NCBI GenBank assembly: GCA_903905395.1 | Contig: CAIVGD010000325.1 | Location: 1 to 39,958 of the forward strand | Reading direction: 5' to 3' | Length of the DNA stretch: 39,958 bases | Source: an uncultured Verrucomicrobiota bacterium | Lineage (GTDB): Bacteria > Verrucomicrobiota > Verrucomicrobiia > Methylacidiphilales > Verrucolacustridaceae | In this document: positions 8,491 to 18,060 of the stretch, piece by piece | Layout: every line of letters begins with the position of its first letter | Numbering within the stretch: the stretch's first letter is position 1 | Translations under genes and position numbers: made by a program | The notes under the pieces: model-generated | What the model saw: only the letters and a program-made list of their open reading frames with translations | What the model was told of the DNA's origin: nothing | Database searches by the model: none

Positions 8491-11400
8491 TTGGGTCCGA
8501 TTTTTAATCGTTTTTTAGCGTCGCGATCATGCGCCGCATCTCTTGTACGGGTTCTCGGTGTCCTCACTATTTTATTCGCCTCGACCTGCCCATCGTGGGC
8601 CAAACTCGGAATTGATTATCAGACCGCCCTTGGAAATCCGACGGGAGCCAGCACCGATCCATTGAGCCGTACCAATTATCTGCTCGCCCGGTCCCAATAT
8701 GCCCTCTCTTACAATGACAACACTCACCAAGCCAACTGGGCTAGCTGGAGCTATTCCACCGATGATATTGGGGCGAATGTGGCACGAACCGATAAGTTTG
8801 CCGCTGATACAGATCTTCCCATCGGATATTTGCGGATCAGCTCTGCCACGTTTGGCGGGGACTGGGACCGTGGGCACATCTGCCCTTCGGAAGACCGGAT
8901 CTTTTCCATCGCTGACAATGAGATGACCTTTCGTATGAGCAACATGATGCCCCAGGCGGCGTCCAACAATCGTGGGCTTTGGTCGAGCTTCGAGGCCTAC
9001 TGCCGTGGATTGGCCGCTGATGGAAGCGAGATCCTCATTATTGCAGGTCCAGGGGGATTTACCGGGGCGACTATTTCCAATGGTATGGCCATTCCAAACT
9101 CGGTCTGGAAGATCATCGTCAAAATTCCCAACGCCAGCAGCACCGTGCCCGCCGCCAGCCGGATCAGTCCCACCAACCGTGTGATCGCCATCATCGCACC
9201 CAACACCAGCATCGGGCTGGGGCCTTGGACGGATTACATCGTCCCCGTGGAGGACATTGAAGCACTTACCGGTTTTGATTTTTTTAGTTCCGTGGATGCT
9301 TCGACTGCGGTTTACCTCAAAAACGTTGTGGATACCGGCACCGGACCGAACAGCCCCACGGTCATCACCACCTTCAGCCCGTCCTCCGGCACCCCCGGGA
9401 CGACCGTGACCCTCTCTGGTTATAATTTTGGGGCGTCTCCGACAGTTGATTTCAACGGCGCGACAGTCGCGGGCACAGTCATTGCCACCAACCAAATCAC
9501 TGCCGTTGTGCCGGCGGGAGCGCAGACAGGATCCATCAGTGTGACGGGGACGGGAGGAACGGATCAGAGTTACGGAACCTTCACGGTTTTCACCGGGCTA
9601 GAACCGATCTTTAGCCTCTCCACTTTCAGTCTAAGTGACTTTTCCTCGGTGGAGGGAAAGGTTGGAGCAAGCAAAAGTTACACCATTTCCGGGTCCAACC
9701 TATCCGGCGATATTCTGATCCAGGCGGCGAACGATTTTGAGATCAGCCTGGACAACAGTTCCGGCTCGTTCGCCTCCAGTCAGATTCTGGCGGTTCCACT
9801 GGGTGGAACGCTTTCCGGTGTTTCTGTTTACCTGCGGATCAAGTCCAGCGCTGTGTTGGGGGCGGTTTCAGGGACGATCACCCACGTCGGAGGCAATGCC
9901 CCATCACAAAGTCTTTCTGTTTCCGGAATGGTTGCCTCCGGATCGCCCAAGCTGACACTCTCGGCGGCGACTTTGAGCGGCCTTTTCGCCGCACAGGGCA
10001 AAGATGGCACGAGCAAAAGCTACGCGGTTTCCGGGGTCAACCTGTCTAATTCCATCACGCTCACTTTATCTTCCACAAATTTTCAGCTCAGCCTGAACAA
10101 CAGCACCTTTGCCAGCAGTCAGACACTGACTCCAAGCAACGAAAGCCTTTCCAACGTGCCTGTTTATGTCCGGATCGGTTCCAACGCCCCGGCAGGCTCG
10201 ATCTCCGGAATGATCGTTCATTCTGGAGCTGGAATCACGACGGCCAACTTGTCGCTTCTGGGAATCGTCACGAGTTCAAATTACCTCGTGGCTTGGGACT
10301 TTAATGGGGAAAATAATGTTTCCACATCTGTGGCAGAGATTTTCGATAGTGGCTTGGATAGCACCAACGAGCTCTCGCGTGGCTCTGGCGCATCTGTGAG
10401 TAGCGCAACCAACTCGTTTCGAACGGTAGGTTTTAAGAACGAAGGAATTTCCGTCACCAACACGGACTATTTTCAATTCACGCTTTCCGCCACAAATGGA
10501 AAGTCACTATCCCTGAGTGGAATTACGGCAAGGCTTCAAGGAACAACATCGTTTTTTGCCACCCCTGGGGCAACCAATCAATTTGCCTACAGCACGAATG
10601 GAACGGTTTTCACCCTTATCAACTCTCCAGTTGTTTTCACGAGCGTTCCAGGGGCAGGGGCCACCATGAGCGTCGACCTGTCCGGAATTCCTTCATTGCA
10701 AAATATATCCGCCAACACGATCGTCTCGTTGCGTTTCTACGCCAGCGGTCAAACGACCACGGGCGGATGGGGTTTTTATTCCCAGAGTGCTGGCACATTT
10801 GGATTGGCGGTGGATGGAAAGGTGAGCCTGCCTCCGCCGACTATCACCAGCGCCACCAGCGCCAGCGGAACTGCCCGGGTAAGCTTTTCTTATCAAATGA
10901 CAGCCGATAACAGCCCGACTCTTTTCGCGGCTTCCGGCCTTCCTGACGGACTGTCCATTGATACGGTCACCGGCTTGATCTCCGGAACAACTTCCTCGGC
11001 GGGCATCTACCCGGTCACCTTGTCGGCCAGCAACGAAAATGGCGAAGGAACGGCTCTGCTGACCCTTACGATTCTCGATCCGGTCTTGAATCTTTCCGTG
11101 TCCAGCCTGAGCAATTTTTCATCCCTAGTGGGGATCCCCGGTTCAAGCCAAAGCTATACGATTTCCGGATCCGACCTGACTGGGGCAGTCACCCTCACAG
11201 CTCCATCCTCTTTTGAGATCAGTTCGGATAATCACTCTTTCTCCTCCGGAACCCTCACGCTAACCCCAAGTAGTGGCTCCTTGTCGGCAGCGATTTATGT
11301 GCGGCTGAATTCTTCCGCCTCCCTGGGGAGCAATTCCGGCATCATCACGCATTCCGGTGGGGGAGCACTAAGCAAGAATCTCAATGTTTCGGGAACCGTC

Positions 11401-13818
11401 TATCAACCCGCCATCACTATTTCGACCGCATCACTTAGCGGATTCAGCACCGTATCGGGAACTGCCTCCAGCTCTTTGAGCTACACGGTTTCCGGTTCCT
11501 ATCTGACGGAGGGAATCACCATCGTCGCATCCACCAACTATGAGATCAGCGCCGATAACATTTCATTCTCAGGAAGCATTATGCTTTTGCCGGCGGGTGG
11601 AACCCTTTCGAACATTCCGGTTTATGTTCGGTTGAATATTTTCGCTCCGGCCGGCTCCGACGCCGGCACAATCACCCACTCGGGGGGGGGAGTCGCGGAT
11701 CAGAATCTGAACCTATCGGGAACGGTTTCCGAACCACCTGCCGGCCTAACTCTTTCCGCGGCCACCTTGAGCGGGTTAAACACGGTGGTGAGGACGGCGA
11801 GTTCCAGTCAAAGTTACACGGTCTCGGGACACGGCCTGACAAATTCCGTGACAGTGGCGGCTACGACAAACTTTGAAATCAGTCTGAACAATTCGAATTA
11901 TGCCACCACACAAACCCTGAATCCGGTCCAAGGGCTTCTTTCCAGCGCGCCGGTCTTTGTCCGGCAGAGTGGAACCGCCCCATTGGGAACCAATAGCGGA
12001 TCGATCGTGCATAGTGCCCAAGGGGCGGCGGCGAAAAGTTTGACGCTGACCGGCACGGTCTCCGAGGCCCCGCCTCCGATCACTTCGACCTTGAGCGGGT
12101 CGATTTATACAAACAAAACATTTAACTATACGATTATAGCGGGGGGCACGAATCCGATCACGGGCTACAACGCGACCGGACTTCCCTCGTGGCTGATGGT
12201 TAACACCACAAACGGAGTGATCAGCGGGACAAACAATTCGACAACAAGCACCAATCTCACCTTCACCATTTCGGCCACCAGCACCAATGGAACCTCGTCT
12301 GCCACGTATCGTTTGAGGGTCATGACGCTGGCCGAGCAGACCGCCATACCCCTCAACGTGGTGATCAACAAATACAGGAACAGCAGTACGGGTGATAAAG
12401 TGGAGTTGTTGGTGATCGGAGATTCTGTCGGAGATCCCCCCGTGGATATGCGGGGAATGATCCTGAAAGATTTCGGCAATAATATGGCCAGCGACACCAG
12501 CGGGAAGTTGGTTTTCAATAATGTTCCTCTTTGGGCCTCGGTGAAGGCGGGGACTCTGATTGTGCTGAGTGCCGGGACGACAGCGGCCGAAGATTTGGAC
12601 GGATCCGACTTCAAGTTGAGCGTCAACCTCGGTAATCCCACCTATTTCACGGCGTCGGGCGGCAACTTCGATATCGCCAACACGGAAATGGTGATGATCA
12701 AGGCAGTTGATACGGGGGTCGATGGTGTGGCTGGTGGTATCCATGCTTTGGCGGCTGGGTCTGCAGGAGCCCAGTACACCGAATTTACCGGAAAGAAAAC
12801 CAGATCCTCGACGGCAGTATCTACGAGCAAAACGTATGGCTACGTCCTCAACGGCACTCCCGCACTTAGCGATTATTATCTCTCTTCCGGCGGAGCGAAT
12901 GTCATCAGCTCTTTGACTTTCGGTTCGGGTAACAATTCGAAAAATACAACTTACATAAATTCGTTGCGAAGTCTGGATCAGCAAGGTCCCACCTTCACAT
13001 TGGCCGGGACTAATCCAACGACGATTGCTTTTGGGGGCACTTACACAGATCTCGGGGCAACCGCCACAGATCCGAGCGGTGGGAGTCGAACTGTTACCAC
13101 CAGCGGATCAGTCAATACCTCAGCTGTGGGAAGTTACACCATCACCTATACGGCCACCGATACTGTGGGAAATATAGGGACGGCGACACGGACGGTGAAC
13201 GTGACGGATCAGACAGCTCCCTTGGTGACTTTAAATGGGGCCTCCATCGTGACGGTTCCAGCCGGTGGGTCCTTTAGCGAGGCTGGAGCCACAGCGACAG
13301 ACGCGGTGGATGGAAGTGTGGCGGTGACGATCAGCGGATCGCTGAATACGAGTGTGGTTGGAACCTACGTGCTTACGTACAGCGCAACGGATGCGGGGGG
13401 GAACACGGGGACGGTGACTCGGACGGTAAATGTGATTTCAGGATTCAACTACGTGATGGCAAACACGTACGGACTATCCGGTGGCCAAGCGGGTCCGACG
13501 GCGGACCCGGACTCCGACGGATTTAGCAATGCGGCGGAGTATGCATTTGGGACGAGTCCGGTGCAGGCGGGAAGCGCACTGGTCAACGTGCTCGCAGCGA
13601 CAGGTGGGACGGTCAAGGTCAGTTATCTTCAGAAAAGCGGGGTGACCTATACGGTGCGGTCGGCCACGAGTTTGGCCGCTGGATTCAACGGGACGGTGAC
13701 GCCGAGCTTGAGCAGTCCGCAACCTTCCGGATTACCGAGTGGGTATAGTCAATACGAAGCGGCGTTTACGCCAGGCGCGGACAAAGGATTTCTCAAGGTC
13801 GAAGCCGTGGTGCCGTAG
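8491..13818 (+). CDS. Giant secreted DNA/RNA non-specific endonuclease (NucA/EndoG-like) with IPT/TIG, repeated Ig-like, putative-Ig, lamin-tail-like and DUF5011-like domains
   Basis: The ORF is open from 8266. A signal-peptide-like segment ends at ...TCPSWA, so the start is probably TTG 8491 or ATG 8416. Nuclease motifs DRGHICPSEDR and NMMPQAASNNRGLW; five ~105-aa repeats; two GLPxxL..N/D..TGxISGT units; two DQxxP...GATATD units; C-terminal DPDSDGFSNAAEYAFGTSP. Confidence 0.85.
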   Translation: MGPIFNRFLASRSCAASLVRVLGVLTILFASTCPSWAKLGIDYQTALGNPTGASTDPLSRTNYLLARSQYALSYNDNTHQANWASWSYSTDDIGANVARTDKFAADTDLPIGYLRISSATFGGDWDRGHICPSEDRIFSIADNEMTFRMSNMMPQAASNNRGLWSSFEAYCRGLAADGSEILIIAGPGGFTGATISNGMAIPNSVWKIIVKIPNASSTVPAASRISPTNRVIAIIAPNTSIGLGPWTDYIVPVEDIEALTGFDFFSSVDASTAVYLKNVVDTGTGPNSPTVITTFSPSSGTPGTTVTLSGYNFGASPTVDFNGATVAGTVIATNQITAVVPAGAQTGSISVTGTGGTDQSYGTFTVFTGLEPIFSLSTFSLSDFSSVEGKVGASKSYTISGSNLSGDILIQAANDFEISLDNSSGSFASSQILAVPLGGTLSGVSVYLRIKSSAVLGAVSGTITHVGGNAPSQSLSVSGMVASGSPKLTLSAATLSGLFAAQGKDGTSKSYAVSGVNLSNSITLTLSSTNFQLSLNNSTFASSQTLTPSNESLSNVPVYVRIGSNAPAGSISGMIVHSGAGITTANLSLLGIVTSSNYLVAWDFNGENNVSTSVAEIFDSGLDSTNELSRGSGASVSSATNSFRTVGFKNEGISVTNTDYFQFTLSATNGKSLSLSGITARLQGTTSFFATPGATNQFAYSTNGTVFTLINSPVVFTSVPGAGATMSVDLSGIPSLQNISANTIVSLRFYASGQTTTGGWGFYSQSAGTFGLAVDGKVSLPPPTITSATSASGTARVSFSYQMTADNSPTLFAASGLPDGLSIDTVTGLISGTTSSAGIYPVTLSASNENGEGTALLTLTILDPVLNLSVSSLSNFSSLVGIPGSSQSYTISGSDLTGAVTLTAPSSFEISSDNHSFSSGTLTLTPSSGSLSAAIYVRLNSSASLGSNSGIITHSGGGALSKNLNVSGTVYQPAITISTASLSGFSTVSGTASSSLSYTVSGSYLTEGITIVASTNYEISADNISFSGSIMLLPAGGTLSNIPVYVRLNIFAPAGSDAGTITHSGGGVADQNLNLSGTVSEPPAGLTLSAATLSGLNTVVRTASSSQSYTVSGHGLTNSVTVAATTNFEISLNNSNYATTQTLNPVQGLLSSAPVFVRQSGTAPLGTNSGSIVHSAQGAAAKSLTLTGTVSEAPPPITSTLSGSIYTNKTFNYTIIAGGTNPITGYNATGLPSWLMVNTTNGVISGTNNSTTSTNLTFTISATSTNGTSSATYRLRVMTLAEQTAIPLNVVINKYRNSSTGDKVELLVIGDSVGDPPVDMRGMILKDFGNNMASDTSGKLVFNNVPLWASVKAGTLIVLSAGTTAAEDLDGSDFKLSVNLGNPTYFTASGGNFDIANTEMVMIKAVDTGVDGVAGGIHALAAGSAGAQYTEFTGKKTRSSTAVSTSKTYGYVLNGTPALSDYYLSSGGANVISSLTFGSGNNSKNTTYINSLRSLDQQGPTFTLAGTNPTTIAFGGTYTDLGATATDPSGGSRTVTTSGSVNTSAVGSYTITYTATDTVGNIGTATRTVNVTDQTAPLVTLNGASIVTVPAGGSFSEAGATATDAVDGSVAVTISGSLNTSVVGTYVLTYSATDAGGNTGTVTRTVNVISGFNYVMANTYGLSGGQAGPTADPDSDGFSNAAEYAFGTSPVQAGSALVNVLAATGGTVKVSYLQKSGVTYTVRSATSLAAGFNGTVTPSLSSPQPSGLPSGYSQYEAAFTPGADKGFLKVEAVVP

Positions 13819-13860
13819 GAGTGGGCGGCCGCCGCCAGTTGAAGTTGAAGAAAGAATGGA

Positions 13861-14002
13861 GGAGATGGGGAATTTCGAAGTCCGAAGTTCGGATAGGGCG
13901 GTCTGTCCCTAGAACGCTGGGGTCGAATCTTCAATTTTGTTCGGCCAGCTAGGCGGCCTCAGAGATGCCGCCGCTACCTAAACTTCGAAATTCTCATCTT
14001 CC
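13861..14002 (-). repeat. REP/REPIN-like palindromic element, copy 2
   Basis: Core 13893-13977 is an inverted doublet (ATAGGGCGGT...GAACGC facing GGCGGCCTCAGAGATGCCGCCGCTAC). Outer arms 13861-13881 and 13982-14002 are imperfectly complementary. It lies between convergent genes. Confidence 0.8.
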
Positions 14003-14007
14003 ATATC

Positions 14008-14706
14008 TCATCTCCTCCTTCGTGGCCTGATGTTCGTTTTAAAAGGCTGGGCTATAGGCTGTGGGACACCAATGCGCGGGCAGAGATTGCGAATCTCACA
14101 CGAAGCGCAATCGGGTTTACGAGCGGAGCAGCGTCTCCGTCCGTGCCAAATGAGGAGATGGGATAAGAGAGTCCAGTCTCTCCGTGGCACGAGGCGGATG
14201 AGGGCGGTTTCCACTTTAACAGGATCCTGCTGACGGGTGAGTCCCATCCTCCGAGCAAGACGGCCCACATGGGTATCCACGACCACTCCCTCTGCGAGGT
14301 TGAACGCATTGCCCAAAACAACATTCGCAGTTTTGCGACCCACGCCAGGCAGGCCGTGAAGCGCCTTCATCGTCCGTGGGACTTCGCCTTGATGAAGTGT
14401 GATCAAGTGAGCTGCGCAAGCGCGGATCGAGCGGGCTTTGGTGCGAAAAAAACCGGTGGAGCGGATGATCTTTTCCAGTTCTGATTGGGGAATCGTCGCA
14501 AAATCGGAGGCGGTCCGGCAGCGGGCAAAGAGGGCGGGAGTGACTTGATTGACGCGAATGTCTGTGCACTGAGCCGATAGGATTGTGGCCATGAGAAGTT
14601 GAAGCGGATTTGCATGATCCAGCTCGCAGTCGGCCTTGGGGTAAGCGCGTTTCAGCCGCGCTAGAATTTGAAGAGTCCGGCGAAGCAGAGCCTGGGATGG
14701 GATCAC
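14008..14706 (-). CDS. nth: Endonuclease III (HhH-GPD DNA glycosylase/AP lyase)
   Basis: ILSAQCTD, LPGVGRKTANVV, VVDTHV, and the [4Fe-4S] motif CSARKPDCASCEIRNLC. Confidence 0.96.
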   Translation of the reverse strand: MIPSQALLRRTLQILARLKRAYPKADCELDHANPLQLLMATILSAQCTDIRVNQVTPALFARCRTASDFATIPQSELEKIIRSTGFFRTKARSIRACAAHLITLHQGEVPRTMKALHGLPGVGRKTANVVLGNAFNLAEGVVVDTHVGRLARRMGLTRQQDPVKVETALIRLVPRRDWTLLSHLLIWHGRRRCSARKPDCASCEIRNLCPRIGVPQPIAQPFKTNIRPRRRR

Positions 14707-17700
14707 GGAGTCGAAGAAGCGGCGGGAAGGGATTTGAGGAGTTCGGAGGCCTCCGCGGCGGCGGCGGAGTTGCCGTATTTGCCAAGGAGGGAAGTGACGA
14801 GCTTGCGGGCCTCGGCGTTCTTTTGTTGTCCTCTCCTAATCTTGGCGGCCCGGAGGAGACCCTGGCTGGAAAGATCGGGTAGGCTGTCATAATAGAGGTC
14901 GATCTTCTGGTAGTAGCCGATTGCCAGTTCGAGTGGATCAAGTTTGGCCTTCCCCACTCCTTGTTCGAGTTGACGCGTGGAAATATTTTTGGCGGCCACC
15001 GTTTCGAGAGTCTGGCCGAACGCCAGCATGGACCGCGCTTTGATATCGTTGGCGGCGTTCGTGCTTTCGATCACTCCGGTCCAAAGATCAAAGGCACCGG
15101 GGTCGGTTTTTGTCCCGTCGTATTTACCCGCCTCGGCCAGAGCCTGGGCACGCAGGAAGTTGGCTTCCTGGACCTTGTCGGACCATGGATATTTGGAGGC
15201 GAGCTCGGAAAACATCTTTTCAGCTTCGGCCATGTGTTTGGCCTGGAAATCGATCTGGCCTAGCCCGAAGATGGCGGAGGCTTGGGCGTACTGTTTCGGA
15301 TCTTTGGGGCCGGTCGAGGGGAACTCCTTGCGGATGCGTTCGAAAACGGGTCGGGCCTCCTCGGTCTTGCCGGCACCGAGCAGGGCGTTGGCAAACCGCT
15401 GAAGATCGCGCCAGTCGAGGGCGACCTTATTCTCGAGCGATTTTTTATAGGCCTCTTCGTAGAGGCGCAGGGCGAGGGCGGTTTGGCCGGCCTCGAAAGG
15501 TACGCTGGCTTGGGCAAAGAGGATCTGGGCGACAAGGCCGGGATTCGCGCTGGCTTTGGACGCAAGATCGCGGAAAGGTTGGAGGCAATCCTCCACCGGA
15601 GCTTCGGCACTTTGAAAACGGAAGAGGCACAGGCTGACAAGCTTGGAGAGAGTCGGGGATATGCGTGGACTGGAGTAGCCGAGAATGGCTTGGCCAAGAA
15701 AACCGGTGGCACGCTGGAAGGATTCCCTCCAACGCTTTTTTTCGTCATCGGTCAATTGGGAGAAATTGCCCAGAGCCTTGGCGGAGATCAGTTCGAGATC
15801 TGCGGATTTTTCCAGAGCCTGATAGGCAGAATCTGAAATCGCAACCGGCGGCGGGGAAGAGGCGGGATCGGGATACAGTTCACGGAAGAGCTCAAAGGCG
15901 CGATGGTAGGCTTGGAGGGCCTGGCCTTCATCCCGTTCCTCGGCAAAGACTGCGCCACGGGCGAGGTATGCGGAAATGTTTCTGGGATCCTTGGGGTACG
16001 AGCGGAACTGATCTTCCTGGGCGGCGAACATCAGATCCTTTTTCTTGTCGCGGGAATAGCTCCGCCAAATCCGCTCGTAAGCATCCAGACCAGCGGGGGA
16101 GCCGGAGAGTTTGGTGGCGGCCTCTTTCCAGGTGGCCAGAGCGGCTTCGGGTTTTTTGGACTCCATTTGGGTATCCCCCTGGGCGAGCATGGCGTTCCCG
16201 AGATTGCCGGACTGGGGATACGCTGTGGCGAACGTGGCGAACGCCTCGGCCGCCTCGGCAAGCTTTCCAGAGGCACGGAGGGCGTAGCCCAAGCGCAAGG
16301 TGGCATCCTCCTTGATCGCCGGACTATGAGTGCCGGAGGAGAGTTCGGTGAGCTTGGCAATCCCCTCCGGGAATTTCTTTTCTCCGATCAAGGCGGTGGC
16401 GTAGAGGAGCTCGGTCTGCTCGGCGCTGTCCTCCGAGATCTTCCGTTTGCCCGATTTCACGTCGTCGAGAAAATCCACATAATACTTCAGCGCCTCCGAA
16501 CCCTTGCCGGCCTTCTGGTAGGCGCTGGCGATAAAGCGGGGGATTTCATCGGCATAACGTTCGCCCGCCGCCTTTTCCTGGGCTGATTTCAGTCGTTGGA
16601 TTGCGGCCTCGGTCTCGCCGTCCTCGAGGAGGGCGCGGCCGACCAGATAATCGACAAGGCCGGCGATGCCAGGCTGGTCGGGGAATTTTTTCTTGTACTC
16701 CCCGACGAGGCGGTCGGCCTCAGAGGTCCGGCCTTGGAGGGCGAAGGTGAGGATGATCTGCTGTTCGGCCGGGCCGGCAAGTTCGGGACCACCGTAGTGG
16801 GCCACCTGACGAAAAACTAGGCGGGCTTCGTCGTAACGGCGGGTTTGGAGAAAGGCCTGTCCCAACTGGAGAAGGGCTTGGCCGGAGAGGTCGGGGCGGT
16901 TTCTAACTTCCTCGATTTTTTGTTGGGCTTTTTGGATTCGCCGGAGTTTTTCGGGGGAGGGGGTAGTTTCCCCGGCTACCTCGGCGCGCATCGGGGCGAG
17001 TTTGGCTTGAAGCTGGGCGAGGAGTTCGTCCCGCCCAGGTACGGTGCGAAGGCGAACTACCGCTTCGTGGAAACGGCCGGCGGCCAGATCCAAGCTGGCG
17101 AGCTGAAGGGTGGCTTCGGCGGCGAGGGCCGGACTGCCCCCCGTGGCGAGGCGGGAGTAGATCTGGCCTGCGCGGGCGAGGGCGGCTTCGGCATCCGCTT
17201 TTTTGAAGTCGGCGAGTAGCGCGTCGGCGCGGCGTGCCTCCGCGAATCCCTGTAGGTAATCGAGATCTTCACTGAGGTTTTTTTCCGTATCGGCTTGGCG
17301 GGCGGCATCGAGGTCGGCGCTTGCCTCGGCATATTTGCCCTGCTGGACCTGGAGGCGGGCGCGGAGAAGAAAAGTTTCCGCGAGAGATTTGGACTCGGGA
17401 AAAGCCTTGCCGAAGGCGGCAATCAGCTGGATTGCCTCCTCCATATATTTCTTCCGTTCGGGAGATTTCTCCGGGGCGGCATCGGCCTCGGCGGCGACGG
17501 CCTGCGCCATGTAGTAGGAGGCCTCCTCCTTGACGTCCTTGTCCTTGGCGGTGGTCTGCACCTTGCGGTAGGCGATGACGGCCTCGGGCCATTTTCCAAG
17601 ATTGTAGTGGGAACGGGCGAGTAGCAGATAGGCGCTGGGCAGGTTAGGCGACTGGGGGCTGGCCTGAATAAAATCGCCAGCCAGCTTGACCACCTCCGCG

Positions 17701-17831
17701 TACCGGCCGTCGTTATAGGCATCGAGGATCTTTTTGGTCGCATCCGCACCCTCCTGAGCGGACAGGGACCCAGGCAGGAGGAGGGCGAGGGCGAGGAAGA
17801 GATGCCGAGCAGAGAAGGCGTAGGGTTTCAT
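14703..17831 (-). CDS. Large exported tetratricopeptide-repeat protein
   Basis: Signal peptide (...LLLPGSLSA|Q) followed by many Ala/Leu/Tyr/Gly helical TPR-like repeats ending in xFP/xYP; 4-bp overlap with nth. Confidence 0.8.
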   Translation of the reverse strand: MKPYAFSARHLFLALALLLPGSLSAQEGADATKKILDAYNDGRYAEVVKLAGDFIQASPQSPNLPSAYLLLARSHYNLGKWPEAVIAYRKVQTTAKDKDVKEEASYYMAQAVAAEADAAPEKSPERKKYMEEAIQLIAAFGKAFPESKSLAETFLLRARLQVQQGKYAEASADLDAARQADTEKNLSEDLDYLQGFAEARRADALLADFKKADAEAALARAGQIYSRLATGGSPALAAEATLQLASLDLAAGRFHEAVVRLRTVPGRDELLAQLQAKLAPMRAEVAGETTPSPEKLRRIQKAQQKIEEVRNRPDLSGQALLQLGQAFLQTRRYDEARLVFRQVAHYGGPELAGPAEQQIILTFALQGRTSEADRLVGEYKKKFPDQPGIAGLVDYLVGRALLEDGETEAAIQRLKSAQEKAAGERYADEIPRFIASAYQKAGKGSEALKYYVDFLDDVKSGKRKISEDSAEQTELLYATALIGEKKFPEGIAKLTELSSGTHSPAIKEDATLRLGYALRASGKLAEAAEAFATFATAYPQSGNLGNAMLAQGDTQMESKKPEAALATWKEAATKLSGSPAGLDAYERIWRSYSRDKKKDLMFAAQEDQFRSYPKDPRNISAYLARGAVFAEERDEGQALQAYHRAFELFRELYPDPASSPPPVAISDSAYQALEKSADLELISAKALGNFSQLTDDEKKRWRESFQRATGFLGQAILGYSSPRISPTLSKLVSLCLFRFQSAEAPVEDCLQPFRDLASKASANPGLVAQILFAQASVPFEAGQTALALRLYEEAYKKSLENKVALDWRDLQRFANALLGAGKTEEARPVFERIRKEFPSTGPKDPKQYAQASAIFGLGQIDFQAKHMAEAEKMFSELASKYPWSDKVQEANFLRAQALAEAGKYDGTKTDPGAFDLWTGVIESTNAANDIKARSMLAFGQTLETVAAKNISTRQLEQGVGKAKLDPLELAIGYYQKIDLYYDSLPDLSSQGLLRAAKIRRGQQKNAEARKLVTSLLGKYGNSAAAAEASELLKSLPAASSTP

Positions 17832-18022
17832 CCCGAAGGAAACCTTAAAGGGTAGGCGGCGTCTCTGCCAGCCGAACCGAAAAAAAACGCCACTTTTTCC
17901 CTTGCTATCTCCGGGGCTTTGTTGGAATAATTCACCCCTTGATGACCTTGACTTTGCCTAGCGAAATGACGCTTTCGGCCTGACCGACCCTGTTTCCTGA
18001 TGTCCTCCTCTTTTTACCTTTG

Positions 18023-18053
18023 AAGCCGCTCTGTCCCATACGAGCGGTTTTTT
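18023..18053 (+). terminator. Terminator-like hairpin with T-run in the infC leader (possible attenuator)
   Basis: AAGCCGCTC, 10-nt loop, GAGCGGTTT, continuing as T6 (18048-18053), ending 7 nt before the infC ATG. Confidence 0.35.
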
Positions 18054-18060
18054 CCGCCTG

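Noticed and set aside
7968-13989. Classical composite transposon or IS
   Set aside because: No transposase and no visible target-site duplication; kept only as a REP-bounded cassette hypothesis.
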